Position numbers and translations under genes: made by a program. Below the pieces are notes generated by a model, which saw only the letters and a list, made by a program, of their open reading frames with translations, made no database searches and was not told the DNA's origin. Shown here in pieces: positions 18,308-27,685 of a DNA stretch of 64,000 nucleotides. Positions within the stretch are counted from its first letter, which is position 1; each line of letters opens with the position of its first letter. Source of the stretch: Minisyncoccota bacterium (GTDB lineage Bacteria; Patescibacteriota; Minisyncoccia; Moranbacterales; UBA2206); NCBI GenBank assembly GCA_031291955.1, contig JARLIA010000015.1, forward strand, positions 54,204 to 118,203. Reading direction: 5' to 3'.

Positions 18308-20422
18308 CTAATCTATCTTGGTTGCGGCCCTAGCGGAAAGATTAATGCGTCCCTGATTGTCAATCTCTTTGACTTTAACCGGAACAACATCGCCAACTTT
18401 CAAAACATCCTCAACCCGATCGATTCTCCGGTCAGAAATCTCGCTAATATGAATCAGTCCTTCTTGCCCAGGCAGAATTTCAGCAAACGCCCCAAAGTTC
18501 ATAATGCGAGTAACGCGGGCATTAAAAATTTCACCCGGCTTCACCTCATGAGTAAGATTGTCGATCCATTTTTGGGCTTTGGCGGCGGAACCGGCGTCCG
18601 GAGAGGTGATAAAGACTGAGCCGTCATCTTCGATATCGATTTGTACTCCAGTTTCATCGATGATTTCGTTAATGATCTTGCCGCCGGTGCCGATGACTTT
18701 CCGAATCTTGTCTGGATTGATCTTCATGATAATGATACGTGGCGCATATTGGCTCATTTCGGTTCTTGGAGCTGGGATGGCATCGGTGATATGCTTCAAA
18801 ATTTCCATCCGGTTGATTTGGGATTGTTTGAGCACAGCAGTCAGCATCTCGACCGTCACGCCATCCACCTTAACGTCCATCTGAAGAGCAGTGAGACCCA
18901 GTTCGGTTCCGGCTGCCTTGAAATCCATATCGCCATAATGATCTTCCAAACCCTGGATGTCGGTTAAAACTTTGAATTTCGGATTCTCGGCGCCTTGTTC
19001 GACAATGATGCCCATGGCAATTCCAGAAACCGGGCGCTTGATCGGAACACCAGCATCCATAAGAGACAAAGTTGAACCGCAGGTGGAAGCCATGGAGGAA
19101 GAACCATTGGAAGACAGCACTTCGGAAACCAAAAGCATAGTGTAGGGAAATTCGTCTTTGGAAGGAAGAACCGGAACCAGGGCTTTTTCAGCCAAGGCGC
19201 CGTGTCCGACTTCGCGTCTTCCCGGTCCACGCATCGGACGCACTTCACCGACGGAATAAGGCGGGAAATTGTAAAGATGGATATATCTTTTTTTCATATC
19301 CACTTCCATGGTGTCGATAACTTGTTGGTCGCCAGGCGAGCCCAAAGTGGTAACAGTCAGGGCTTGTGTTTCGCCGCGAGTAAAAAGGCCGGTGCCATGG
19401 GTACGAGGCAGGATTCCAGTCAGACATTCGATATGACGCACTTCATCCAGTTTTCGGCCGTCCGGGCGCTGTTCTTTTTCAAGAATGTTCTGGTGAACAA
19501 TCTCGTCTGACACTTCCTCAAAAACAATCTCGGCAATTTCCTGAAGCTTGTTAAATTCTTCGGGAAAAGTCGTTTTGATGTATTCATCCACTTTTTCTTG
19601 GATAGTTTTGGTTTTTTCTTCGATGACTTTTTTGTCCTTATCATAAAGCGCTTCCGCCAAGCCTTCAGAGAGCAAAATTTCTTTCACCTTGGCTTCGAAT
19701 TCAGACGTTCCAGCTACCAAAGTTGGGGCGTTCTTGGCTTTTCCAACTTCTTTTTGAATTTCGGAGATAAAGTTGGCAATCTTAGAAACAGCTTCCTTTC
19801 CAAAAGCGAAGGCTTTGGCCATTTCCTCTTCCGGGACTTCCTTGGCGGCACATTCGATCATATTGATCTTGTCGGATGTACCGGAGATGACCAGATCGAG
19901 ATTGCCTTCTTCCAATTCGCCGTTGACCGGGTTCAAAATAAATTCGCCATTCACTTGCCCGACACGCACCGCCGCTACCGGTCCAGCCCAAGGAATATCA
20001 GAGATGGAAAGGGCAGTCGAAGCGGCAACGATGGATACGGTGTCCGGATCATTTTCCCCATCATAAGACAACACAGTTAAAATCACCTGAACATCGTTTC
20101 GCATCCTATGATTAAAGAGCGGACGAACCGTCCGATCGACAGCCCGACCGGAAAGAATGGCGTCGTCAGACGGACGGCCTTCGCGCTTAATGAATCTTGA
20201 ACCTTTGATTTTTCCGGCGGCGTAGTATCTTTCTTCGAAATCAACCATCAATGGGAAGTATCCGCTGACGCGCGAAGCGCCTTTTGACATAACGGCAGTG
20301 GCCAAAACGACCGTGTCGCCATATCTGGCGGTCACTGCGCCGTTGGCTTGACCCGCCAAAAGGCCGGTCTCAATCTCGAGAATTCGTCCCCCGATCTGAA
20401 GGGACCACTTTTTACGTTCCAT
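18308..20422 (-). CDS. pnp: Polyribonucleotide nucleotidyltransferase (PNPase).
   Basis: Two RNase PH domains, a KH domain and a C-terminal S1 domain. 704 aa, collinear with bacterial PNPase. Confidence 0.95.
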   Translation of the reverse strand: MERKKWSLQIGGRILEIETGLLAGQANGAVTARYGDTVVLATAVMSKGASRVSGYFPLMVDFEERYYAAGKIKGSRFIKREGRPSDDAILSGRAVDRTVRPLFNHRMRNDVQVILTVLSYDGENDPDTVSIVAASTALSISDIPWAGPVAAVRVGQVNGEFILNPVNGELEEGNLDLVISGTSDKINMIECAAKEVPEEEMAKAFAFGKEAVSKIANFISEIQKEVGKAKNAPTLVAGTSEFEAKVKEILLSEGLAEALYDKDKKVIEEKTKTIQEKVDEYIKTTFPEEFNKLQEIAEIVFEEVSDEIVHQNILEKEQRPDGRKLDEVRHIECLTGILPRTHGTGLFTRGETQALTVTTLGSPGDQQVIDTMEVDMKKRYIHLYNFPPYSVGEVRPMRGPGRREVGHGALAEKALVPVLPSKDEFPYTMLLVSEVLSSNGSSSMASTCGSTLSLMDAGVPIKRPVSGIAMGIIVEQGAENPKFKVLTDIQGLEDHYGDMDFKAAGTELGLTALQMDVKVDGVTVEMLTAVLKQSQINRMEILKHITDAIPAPRTEMSQYAPRIIIMKINPDKIRKVIGTGGKIINEIIDETGVQIDIEDDGSVFITSPDAGSAAKAQKWIDNLTHEVKPGEIFNARVTRIMNFGAFAEILPGQEGLIHISEISDRRIDRVEDVLKVGDVVPVKVKEIDNQGRINLSARAATKID

Positions 20423-20627
20423 TAAACATGCTTAGCCTAAAGAGGCGGCGCAAGGAAGTAAAGTCAAAAAAGAAGCAAGAAACGTGAAGCATTTTTCTTC
20501 CTACCTCTTTTTTGAGCTTACCCGAACGGCGCCAACAAGGCCTTATTTACTTATAAAAATTACTCAATCAGTAGTACAACTCTAGCTTATTTTTCTTGTT
20601 TTGTCAACAAAAATAGATTTAAATCAA

Positions 20628-20656
20628 AAATCCCTCCTGTCAATCAGAAGGGATTT
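20628..20656 (-). terminator. Terminator hairpin after the 3D-domain protein gene.
   Basis: aaatccct/agggattt stem, followed on the minus strand by TTTTGATTT. Confidence 0.5.
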
Positions 20657-20705
20657 TTGTCTTCTATGTTATTTGTTTCCTGTTATATACTCCACGCCAT
20701 GTGAT

Positions 20706-21290
20706 TTACATAACCACCTGCGCCGTAAGCTGCCGGCGACCGAAATCAAAAGCTTGTTTTTTGGTTTTCATGTAGATGTCAAAGCGATTGCCATGGATGG
20801 CTCCACCCCGGTCTTCACAGACATAAGTGCCCATCCCTTTGATCTTCACTTTGGTACCAAAAGAGAAATTTTCCGGACAAGCGATTGTTTCATCCTCTTT
20901 CACTTTAAGACCCGAGGCCGTAATACCATCGCTTTTTCCACATTCGTCGCTGGCGGCCGTATAAGCCGAAGCGTTGATAGCGAATTCTTCTCCTGAGGAA
21001 TTCATCTTGCTGGCCGCCTCTTCAAATTCGGCCAGAGCAATGTCTCGCGGAGACCACTCCGAATCATCGGTAGTTGCCAGCGCGTAATCAGTCGCAACGG
21101 TTGGTCCCATGGCTAGCTGTCCGTTTTGGACGCCCAGGACAATGCCGTTGTTATTTGAATTATTTTGTGTTTCGAAATTTGTTTTTATTTCATTAGAATC
21201 GATTCCGGGAAGGGTATCCGCCCAAGAAACCTGCGGAGCAATCACCATAAGAACCATGGCTAAGGCCGCCGCCTTTCTAATGATACGCAT
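20706..21290 (-). CDS. Secreted 3D-domain protein (MltA/YocH-like lytic-transglycosylase-type domain).
   Basis: Signal peptide MRIIRKAAALAMVLMVIAPQVSWA. The C-terminal AYTAASDECGKSDGITASGLKVKEDETIACPENFSFGTKVKIKGMGTYVCEDRGGAIHGNRFDIY matches the 3D domain with its conserved Asp residues. Confidence 0.6.
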   Translation of the reverse strand: MRIIRKAAALAMVLMVIAPQVSWADTLPGIDSNEIKTNFETQNNSNNNGIVLGVQNGQLAMGPTVATDYALATTDDSEWSPRDIALAEFEEAASKMNSSGEEFAINASAYTAASDECGKSDGITASGLKVKEDETIACPENFSFGTKVKIKGMGTYVCEDRGGAIHGNRFDIYMKTKKQAFDFGRRQLTAQVVM

Positions 21291-21543
21291 TCACAATTTT
21301 TTCAATTGTTAATGCCCGCTTAACCGGTCTAGTCCGGAGGGACAGTCTAATCAAAAAAGCCTTGTAGGCTATTTAAATTTGACGTTTCATTGTAGCAAAG
21401 AGACTCTTAAAAGTCAACCCATATTCCATGATTTATGCTCAAATAAGCCATTTTGTTTTTAATCCCTGCCACATTCAGGCTTAAGCAAGCCACAAAATTT
21501 CTAAATTCCCCAACCTGAAAAATTGGCTTTAAAAAAAACCTTT

Positions 21544-22734
21544 TTAACCAGCATTTTTATTCAAAATCGAATTGATCACATCTTCATCGCCACAACCATA
21601 TTGATTGCTGGCCGAATAAAAACCCTTCTTCGCGCCGTAGCAGCCGCCATTGGCGCGGTTAAGAGTGGCCATCATCGGCAGCATGAAGCCCATATTCTTG
21701 GAAGTGAAATAAGTATAAAGCTTCTGGATAACCGTTGCTCTCTTATCTTTATCCATCCGAGCGAAAGAACTCATATCATCAAATTGTAATCCGCTCCAGT
21801 CAAGCGCCAGAAAAACATTTTTGGCCTTGGACGCGTACTGCTGATTCCAAAGCAACGCCCAGCAACTGGACAGCTGGCTCCAGCATGGTCCGCTCTCGAT
21901 CGTTCCAGAATCGCCGATTCCCACGCCGCCTTCGATGTAATCAAACTGCTGGAGATATTTCTCATCCGTAATGTTTCCCGTCTGAGCGCCGATCACAATC
22001 TGGACGCCTTTTTTCTTAGCGTACGCCCGGACCGTATCTAAGACTTGATGGAGTTTCGATTGGGAAAGATCCGGATTATCTTGATAGTATATTTGACCGA
22101 ACATAAAGCTCTGGATCCCCAGATCGATGCCGCGTTCCATGATATAAGTCACATAATCACGATAAGCCCGGCGATCTAGATTGGGTTTGCAAGTGTGCTC
22201 GCCCCAGGCATTGTCCGAACCATTCCGACACATGTCACGAAAATTAAACTGCTTGGAATCACCGTTCGAACCGGCATAACTATAATCAGCGCTGGTCCTA
22301 AGATCTTCAGCGATAAACATGCCATAGATAAGTCCGGGCTTATTTATCTTTTGCATAATTTGAGCTGCCTTGTTGAAATCAGGCGGACTGCCCCAAGTTT
22401 CCAGCGCCCGATGGAGATAGGTGCAATCGGACCGTTGAATCATAGCCACTTCGGCATTCGTATCCTTGCCATAGCCGGAAAGCAGGCCGTCCGCCACACA
22501 GCCTTTGTTTTTCATGGTCGCCATGGAAATCGGTCCGGTTTGGTAGTGATAAAGAGTCGGCGGCTCCGGCGGCGGCATCAGTTCATTTCCGACCGTTTTC
22601 GGCCGTTCAATCGGCAATGCCGGCACCGAAGCTTTTTCATGCTTCCAATAAATAACGCCCACGCCCAAAAGCGCCGTCAAGATAAAGATGGCCCCCAGGC
22701 TGACTTTTTGTTTCTTGTTTAATTTTATTTCCAT
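21544..22734 (-). CDS. Hypothetical membrane-anchored extracellular protein, possibly a TIM-barrel glycoside-hydrolase-like fold.
   Basis: 396 aa. N-terminal TM anchor, then a Pro-rich linker. The body has several Cys and W/Y-rich segments. The family assignment is only an impression. Confidence 0.35.
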   Translation of the reverse strand: MEIKLNKKQKVSLGAIFILTALLGVGVIYWKHEKASVPALPIERPKTVGNELMPPPEPPTLYHYQTGPISMATMKNKGCVADGLLSGYGKDTNAEVAMIQRSDCTYLHRALETWGSPPDFNKAAQIMQKINKPGLIYGMFIAEDLRTSADYSYAGSNGDSKQFNFRDMCRNGSDNAWGEHTCKPNLDRRAYRDYVTYIMERGIDLGIQSFMFGQIYYQDNPDLSQSKLHQVLDTVRAYAKKKGVQIVIGAQTGNITDEKYLQQFDYIEGGVGIGDSGTIESGPCWSQLSSCWALLWNQQYASKAKNVFLALDWSGLQFDDMSSFARMDKDKRATVIQKLYTYFTSKNMGFMLPMMATLNRANGGCYGAKKGFYSASNQYGCGDEDVINSILNKNAG

Positions 22735-22900
22735 TAAGAATAATTTACGCTTAAAGTTTGGAAGTATATTTTAAACCTATTTTAAGAATTGCTCAAGCCT
22801 CGGGAAAATTACCATTTTTTTATACCTGCCCGTTGTCACGATCTGGCCAAGAAAAAACTTCCAGTCGGGAAGTTTCATTCTTTATTACAACAATACCTCT

Positions 22901-23623
22901 TCAATACTTTCGATTTTCCTTTCGACGATAAAGCAGATCCGGATAATCTGTAATAATCCCCGCTACGTTTTTATGTTTCAAAAATCTCGCCGCTGTTTTT
23001 TGCCTGTCTACCGTCCAAACAATGACCGGCAATCCAATGCATTGTAACATCATCAGATAAAACGGCAGAATCGCCAATGTCCATTGCGGCAAGATATAAT
23101 CCGCGTCAATTTTTTTTGCCGCCCCGAAAGAAAAAAGTCCGTCCAGATACGCGCGGAATATTTTTCCCGTTTCCCCTCTTCCTCCCAACAAAAGTCCGGT
23201 TCGGATGTCAGGGAATTTCTTTTTTACAATTCGAAGAGAATTTTTTTTGAATGAAGTCATGATAAATTCCGATTTATCAAAATACCGCAAAGCCAACTCC
23301 ACCGTTTCCGTCTCGCAACCTTCTTCTTTTAATTCGATGTCCAATTTAATTTTATTTTTCAACAGCACCAATAATTCCTCGAGCTTCGGCACGCCAAATC
23401 CCAACCTCTTGGAAATATTTTTTACTTCTTCGTAACTCAACTCGCAAATTTTCTGGCCCTCGACTTTGGAATCGTGAATGACAACCAACTCCCCATCCCT
23501 TGTCCGCCGCACGTCGAACTCGACCATGTCCGCCCCCAACTCGACTGCCTTTTGAAAAGCCGCCAGCGTATTTTCTTTTTCATATCCCGACGCACCCCGA
23601 TGGGCGATGATTAATTTTTCCAT
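22901..23623 (-). CDS. ugpQ: Glycerophosphodiester phosphodiesterase.
   Basis: IAHRGASGYEKENTLAAF...GADMVEFDVRRTRDGELVVIHD is the GDPD/GP-PDE signature, followed by a C-terminal hydrophobic extension. Confidence 0.8.
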   Translation of the reverse strand: MEKLIIAHRGASGYEKENTLAAFQKAVELGADMVEFDVRRTRDGELVVIHDSKVEGQKICELSYEEVKNISKRLGFGVPKLEELLVLLKNKIKLDIELKEEGCETETVELALRYFDKSEFIMTSFKKNSLRIVKKKFPDIRTGLLLGGRGETGKIFRAYLDGLFSFGAAKKIDADYILPQWTLAILPFYLMMLQCIGLPVIVWTVDRQKTAARFLKHKNVAGIITDYPDLLYRRKENRKY

Positions 23624-23640
23624 TCCTCAACTATACCAAA

Positions 23641-23670
23641 AAAACAACCTGCGGAACAGGTTGTTTTTTC
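23641..23670. terminator. Hairpin terminator downstream of tRNA-Gly(GCC) on the minus strand.
   Basis: aacaacctg/caggttgtt stem with loop cggaa; T-run on the minus strand. Confidence 0.6.
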
Positions 23671-23674
23671 TTTG

Positions 23675-23746
23675 AGCGGGTAGCGGGAGTCGGACCCGCA
23701 TCTCTACCTTGGCAAGGTAATATAATAGCCGCTATACGATACCCGC
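23675..23746 (-). tRNA. tRNA-Gly(GCC).
   Basis: Reverse complement is GCGGGTA...TTACC TTGCCAA GGTAG...GCGGGTCCGACTCCCGC TACCCGC T. Confidence 0.85.
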
Positions 23747-23864
23747 GAATTAAAATTTTTAATTTCCAATTTTTAATTTTTAAACAATGTCCGAATTTTC
23801 AATTTTAAATTTAATCATTGAGATTTGTTTGAAAATTTAAAATTTAAAATTGAAAATTATTTTA

Positions 23865-23939
<75 letters not shown>

Positions 23940-23953
23940 CCACCCGGTCACTG

Positions 23954-24027
23954 TGGATCCTATAGGACTCGAACCTATAACCCCCTCGGTGTAAACGAGG
24001 TGCTCTAGCCGATTGAGCTAAGGATCC
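23954..24027 (-). tRNA. tRNA-Val(TAC).
   Basis: Reverse complement is GGATCCT TAGCTCAATCGGCTAGAGC A CCTCG TTTACAC CGAGG...AGGTTCGAGTCCT ATAGGATCC A. Confidence 0.88.
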
Positions 24028-24033
24028 GGTCCG

Positions 24034-24116
24034 TGCCTTCGGCGGGACTCGAACCCGCATGACCTTACGGCCCATGCACCTCAAGCATGTGCGTATACCA
24101 ATTCCGCCACGAAGGC
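24034..24116 (-). tRNA. tRNA-Leu(GAG).
   Basis: Reverse complement is GCCTTCG TGGCGGAATTGGTATACGC A CATGC TTGAGGT GCATG, a long variable arm, then GCGGGTTCGAGTCCCGC CGAAGGC A. Confidence 0.85.
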
Positions 24117-24134
24117 TTCTGATTTAAAATCAGG

Positions 24135-24560
24135 CTATTTTTTCTGAATAGTCTTTTCCTTTTTTGCTTTCACTTCTTTTACTTCTTCTTTTTTCCCCGC
24201 CGCTTTCACCTTCGACTCCTTATATTTCATGCGGCTCTGCTTAGCAGTCAGGCTCCGGACGTAATACAATTTGGCTCGCCGTACCTTAGCACTTTTGACC
24301 AGTTCGACCTTTTCCACATTCTTAGACAAGACCGGCACAATCATTTCCACGCCCACGCCATGCGTCACTTTCCGCACAGTGATGGTCAAAGAAGAGCTCT
24401 GGCCGCCTTTTACGGCAATGACCAAGCCCTCAAACATCTGCGTTCTTTCCTTGGCGCCTTCTTTGATTCTGAGATAAACTTTCACGACATCCCCAGCGCG
24501 CCACTTAGCCGCCGCCTCGCCTCGCATTTCTTTATTGAGCGCGATGATTTTCTGATTCAT
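24135..24560 (-). CDS. rplS: 50S ribosomal protein L19.
   Basis: MNQKII...RAGDVVKVYLRIKEGAKERTQMFEGLVIA...GVGVEMIVPVLS is L19, here with a Lys-rich C-terminal tail. Confidence 0.92.
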   Translation of the reverse strand: MNQKIIALNKEMRGEAAAKWRAGDVVKVYLRIKEGAKERTQMFEGLVIAVKGGQSSSLTITVRKVTHGVGVEMIVPVLSKNVEKVELVKSAKVRRAKLYYVRSLTAKQSRMKYKESKVKAAGKKEEVKEVKAKKEKTIQKK

Positions 24561-24687
24561 AGTATTCTTATTATAGCAAATTATGGTTCCAAATAAAAAA
24601 ATAGCCTTAAGTGTTCCAGGCTCCTAGTTTTTTAGCCTTTTTATACTAGCCTTTTCTTCCGTTTTCGTCAAGACTGGCCAGAATTTC

Positions 24688-26112
24688 TGTAAAGAGGAAA
24701 TAGAAATGTCCGCTTTTGCGGGAAATAGAAATGTCCGGTTTGGACATTTTTGTTAGTTGTTAGCGTATTGGTATTTTCTCCATGGATGGTTGGCGGCTGG
24801 CCTGGATGGCACGGTTTTCACCAAAACCCATGGAACATCTTTTTCGGATATCTTTTTGGGTCCGGCTGGAAGTTGTTTGTAATTCAGATATTTCCCTCTT
24901 AATTTAAAATTGATTGTGCCATCGAACCTTTCTTCAACCGTAACAACTTCTTTTCTGAACATAGCCACCGACTGAGTCTCTTCCAGTTGGTACCAGATAT
25001 TTTTGTAGCTCAGGGTGTAGTCACTTCTGATGGTGCGCTCGTAATGTCTGGAAAATATTGAGGGGAATTGGTCTTTTTCCGATTGGGCCAGTTTTTTGTG
25101 CAGGTTGGCATCTGATCTGGGAATGACACCGAACTTGGCATTGAATTTGGGAATGAATGTTTTCTCTAAAAATTCATTGGCTTTGGCTACTGTGGAAATT
25201 TTGTTCAGGCGCAATTCTTTAATGAGTCTATCCTGTAGTGTTTTGAAAAGTCTCTCCACTCGGCCTTTGGCTTGTGAGCTGTGCGCGTTGATAACTCCTA
25301 CATTCAATTGAGTCATAGCTCTTTGAAATTGCGTAAGGGTGTCCGGATTCTCCTTGGCCAGCTTGTGGTTCATGGAATAGGTCGAAAACTTGTCCACGTA
25401 GATTTCATGGGGTTTAACGCTCTTTTCAAAGTATTCCTGCCAGAAATTAAAGGTTGGTTCTACGCCCTCATGCTCATCAAATTTTATGTGGGTAATCTTA
25501 CTGGTGGCGTCATCGATCGCGGCCAGCAGGCAGCATTTTTGACCCCTGTCCTCAAACCAGTATTCATAGGAACCGTCATATTGTTCCAACTCTCCAAAGG
25601 CGGATCGCCTTTGTCGCCAAGCGCGGTATTCCTGTTTCTTTTTTCTTCTTGGTTTCCATAATTCTTCCGCAATCATAATGACGCGGATTGTTTTGGCATC
25701 TCTTTTAATCCGGTGAACTTCATCCAGTTTTTCAGCTGCGAATGTCGGCCCGAAATCCGGATAATGTTCGTGCAGCAGTTTTTTGATTTTTTCAGTTTCT
25801 TTTTCCGGCAACTTTCTTTTGCTGGGCTTGCCTCTGCCGGCATGAATCAATCCTTGTAGTCCATTTTTGGCGACTTTCTTTTTTAATCGGCGGATGTGCC
25901 TGTCTGTCAGGTTGAGCATCTCAGCTGCTTCGATTCCTTTGATTTCTTTTTTAATGGCTTTTTGGATGATGTCATAGCGGCTAGCTTCTTTTTGGCTCAT
26001 GATAATGTGCTTGTCCATTGAGTTGATATTAGTTGATTGAACTAATATCTTAACTGGTTAGGACGGACATTTCTACTTCCCGCCACTAGGACATTATCAT
26101 TTCCGTGTAACA
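24688..26112 (-). mobile_element. Insertion sequence of the ISNCY family (IS1202 group), 1425 bp, with about 50-bp imperfect terminal inverted repeats.
   Basis: Left end (from 24688) is tgtaaagaggaaatagaaatgtccgcttttgcgggaaatagaaatgtccgg. Reverse complement of the right end (to 26112) is tgttacacggaaatgataatgtcctagtggcgggaagtagaaatgtccgtcc. The element is flanked by an identical 17-bp direct repeat agactggccagaatttc (24671-24687 and 26113-26129). It carries a single transposase ORF. Confidence 0.85.
24753..26018 (-). CDS. ISNCY-family transposase (HTH plus DDE integrase core).
   Basis: The N-terminus MSQKEASRYDIIQKAIKKEIKGIEAAEMLNLTDRHIRRLKKKVAKNGLQGLIHAGRGKP is characteristic of IS1202/ISNCY transposases. 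The C-terminal part has DDE-type integrase-core features. Confidence 0.8.
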   Translation of the reverse strand: MDKHIIMSQKEASRYDIIQKAIKKEIKGIEAAEMLNLTDRHIRRLKKKVAKNGLQGLIHAGRGKPSKRKLPEKETEKIKKLLHEHYPDFGPTFAAEKLDEVHRIKRDAKTIRVIMIAEELWKPRRKKKQEYRAWRQRRSAFGELEQYDGSYEYWFEDRGQKCCLLAAIDDATSKITHIKFDEHEGVEPTFNFWQEYFEKSVKPHEIYVDKFSTYSMNHKLAKENPDTLTQFQRAMTQLNVGVINAHSSQAKGRVERLFKTLQDRLIKELRLNKISTVAKANEFLEKTFIPKFNAKFGVIPRSDANLHKKLAQSEKDQFPSIFSRHYERTIRSDYTLSYKNIWYQLEETQSVAMFRKEVVTVEERFDGTINFKLRGKYLNYKQLPAGPKKISEKDVPWVLVKTVPSRPAANHPWRKYQYANN

Positions 26113-27118
26113 GACTGGCCAGAATTTCCTGAAAATCGCGCGGCGGCTCGGTTATGAAGGCATATCTTTTGCCCTCCAGCTCGAACTCCAAGCTTTTGGC
26201 ATGCAGCATTTGCCGTGCCGCACTGCTACGCATAGCGTTGCCGGCAGACCCCTTGCTTCCTTGCTTTTTCGCTTCCTTATTTATATAGATTTTGTCTCCC
26301 ACGATCGGATGACCGACCGAAAAGAGATGCACTCGGATCTGATGCGTTCGCCCGGTCTTGGGCGAAACTTCCAACAGCGAAAAATTCTCACCAGATTTCA
26401 AAACTTTATACTCGGTCACGGCCGTCCGAACTTTGGTCTGGGTTTTTCTGCCGGCCACCACCTGTTTCCGATAACTGGACGCACGCGCCAGCGGTTTGTC
26501 AATCACCCCCGAACTTCCCGGCTTCCCCAAATTACCAAAAACAATTGCCCAATAAATTTTCTTCATCTGGCGAGTTTTAAATCTTTTCTTTAATTCCTCA
26601 AAAGTTTTCTGGTTTCTAGCCGCAACGATTATTCCGCTGGTATCCTTATCCAACCGATGCACGATCCCCGGCCGCATATTCACTTGCCCTGAGTTTGTCG
26701 AAGGGTCGCCGACATTTTTTATTTCCGGCCAGGAAGCAACAAGCGCGTTGACCAAAGTATTATTTTTTTCGTGCTGATCCGGATGAACTTGCAGTCCAGC
26801 CGGTTTGTTGACCACGATAATATTTTCATCTTGAAAAATTACTTCCAATTTTATTTCTTTATTGGAAATTATTTCTGAATTATTTTCTTCCAAATTTATT
26901 TCCAGCTCATCGTTTTCTTTTAGAGAATAGCTCGGTTTTACTGTTTTATTATTAACTAAAATATTTCCGCTTTTTATATTCCGGATGATTTGCCCGCGCG
27001 TAATTTTGTCATTAAAAAAAACTCCCTCCTTCTTGTCCGCCAAATCCTTGGCGAAGGAGGAGAGGAATTTGTCGATCCGGATTCCGGCTTTATTTTTGTC
27101 GATGATTATTTTATCCAT
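26042..27118 (-). CDS. rluD: RluA-family 23S rRNA pseudouridine synthase (RluD-like; S4 domain plus PseudoU_synth_2). Its C-terminus has been replaced by an IS-encoded tail.
   Basis: S4 motif (NDKITRGQIIRNIKSGNILVNNK) and catalytic HRLDKDTSGIIVAAR. The reading frame crosses the target duplication at 26113 and ends 22 codons inside the IS. The ancestral C-terminus (...EILASLDENGRKG stop) is still readable on the other side of the IS at about 24640-24690. Confidence 0.8.
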   Translation of the reverse strand: MDKIIIDKNKAGIRIDKFLSSFAKDLADKKEGVFFNDKITRGQIIRNIKSGNILVNNKTVKPSYSLKENDELEINLEENNSEIISNKEIKLEVIFQDENIIVVNKPAGLQVHPDQHEKNNTLVNALVASWPEIKNVGDPSTNSGQVNMRPGIVHRLDKDTSGIIVAARNQKTFEELKKRFKTRQMKKIYWAIVFGNLGKPGSSGVIDKPLARASSYRKQVVAGRKTQTKVRTAVTEYKVLKSGENFSLLEVSPKTGRTHQIRVHLFSVGHPIVGDKIYINKEAKKQGSKGSAGNAMRSSAARQMLHAKSLEFELEGKRYAFITEPPRDFQEILASLLHGNDNVLVAGSRNVRPNQLRY

Positions 27119-27119
27119 G

Positions 27120-27203
27120 TGCCGCGAGAGAGACTCGAACTCTCAAACCCTTGCGAGTACCAGCTCCTAAGGCTGGCGCGTATACCAATTCCGCCATCGC
27201 GGC
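27120..27203 (-). tRNA. tRNA-Leu(TAG).
   Basis: Reverse complement is GCCGCGA TGGCGGAATTGGTATACGC G CCAGC CTTAGGA GCTGG, a long variable arm, then GAGAGTTCGAGTCTCTC TCGCGGC A. It abuts the rluD start codon. Confidence 0.85.
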
Positions 27204-27231
27204 AAGCTTATCCCCACACCTTTTTTACGTG

Positions 27232-27315
27232 TGCCTTGGGGGAGACTCGAACTCCCAATCCCTTGCGAGAACATGCTCCTGAAGCATGCGCGTATACCAA
27301 TTCCGCCACCAAGGC
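27232..27315 (-). tRNA. tRNA-Leu(CAG).
   Basis: Reverse complement is GCCTTGG TGGCGGAATTGGTATACGC G CATGC TTCAGGA GCATG, a long variable arm, then GGGAGTTCGAGTCTCCC CCAAGGC A. Confidence 0.85.
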
Positions 27316-27364
27316 ATAACCTATCAAATTGTGAATAAAATATTCCCTAAAATCTCCAACTGCC

Positions 27365-27685
27365 CTAATCTTCCAAAATCATTCTCAGTCTTTTCACCTC
27401 TTCCGCCAACAGTCCCTCGTTTTCATATTCCCCGTGATGCCGCGTATCATTGCCATAGGTCTCTTTTTTCTGGTCCAGATGAATGTTGATGGCCATATCC
27501 GCCCCGGTAATTTTAACATACATATGAAACCTGGGATAGCCCGAAGCTGAAAACGGCCGAATAAAACTCATTTCATTCCCTTCATTCCGTTGAAAAGCAT
27601 ACCCCGCCCGACGGAGCATATTGACTGGATTTTCTTTTATACCCTTAAACTCCAGCTGCATATTTTTAAACAATTTTACTTTCAA
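27365..27685 (-). CDS. Hypothetical protein (106 aa), translationally coupled to folD.
   Basis: Its start overlaps the folD stop (ATGA). No recognisable domain. Confidence 0.4.
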   Translation of the reverse strand: MKVKLFKNMQLEFKGIKENPVNMLRRAGYAFQRNEGNEMSFIRPFSASGYPRFHMYVKITGADMAINIHLDQKKETYGNDTRHHGEYENEGLLAEEVKRLRMILED

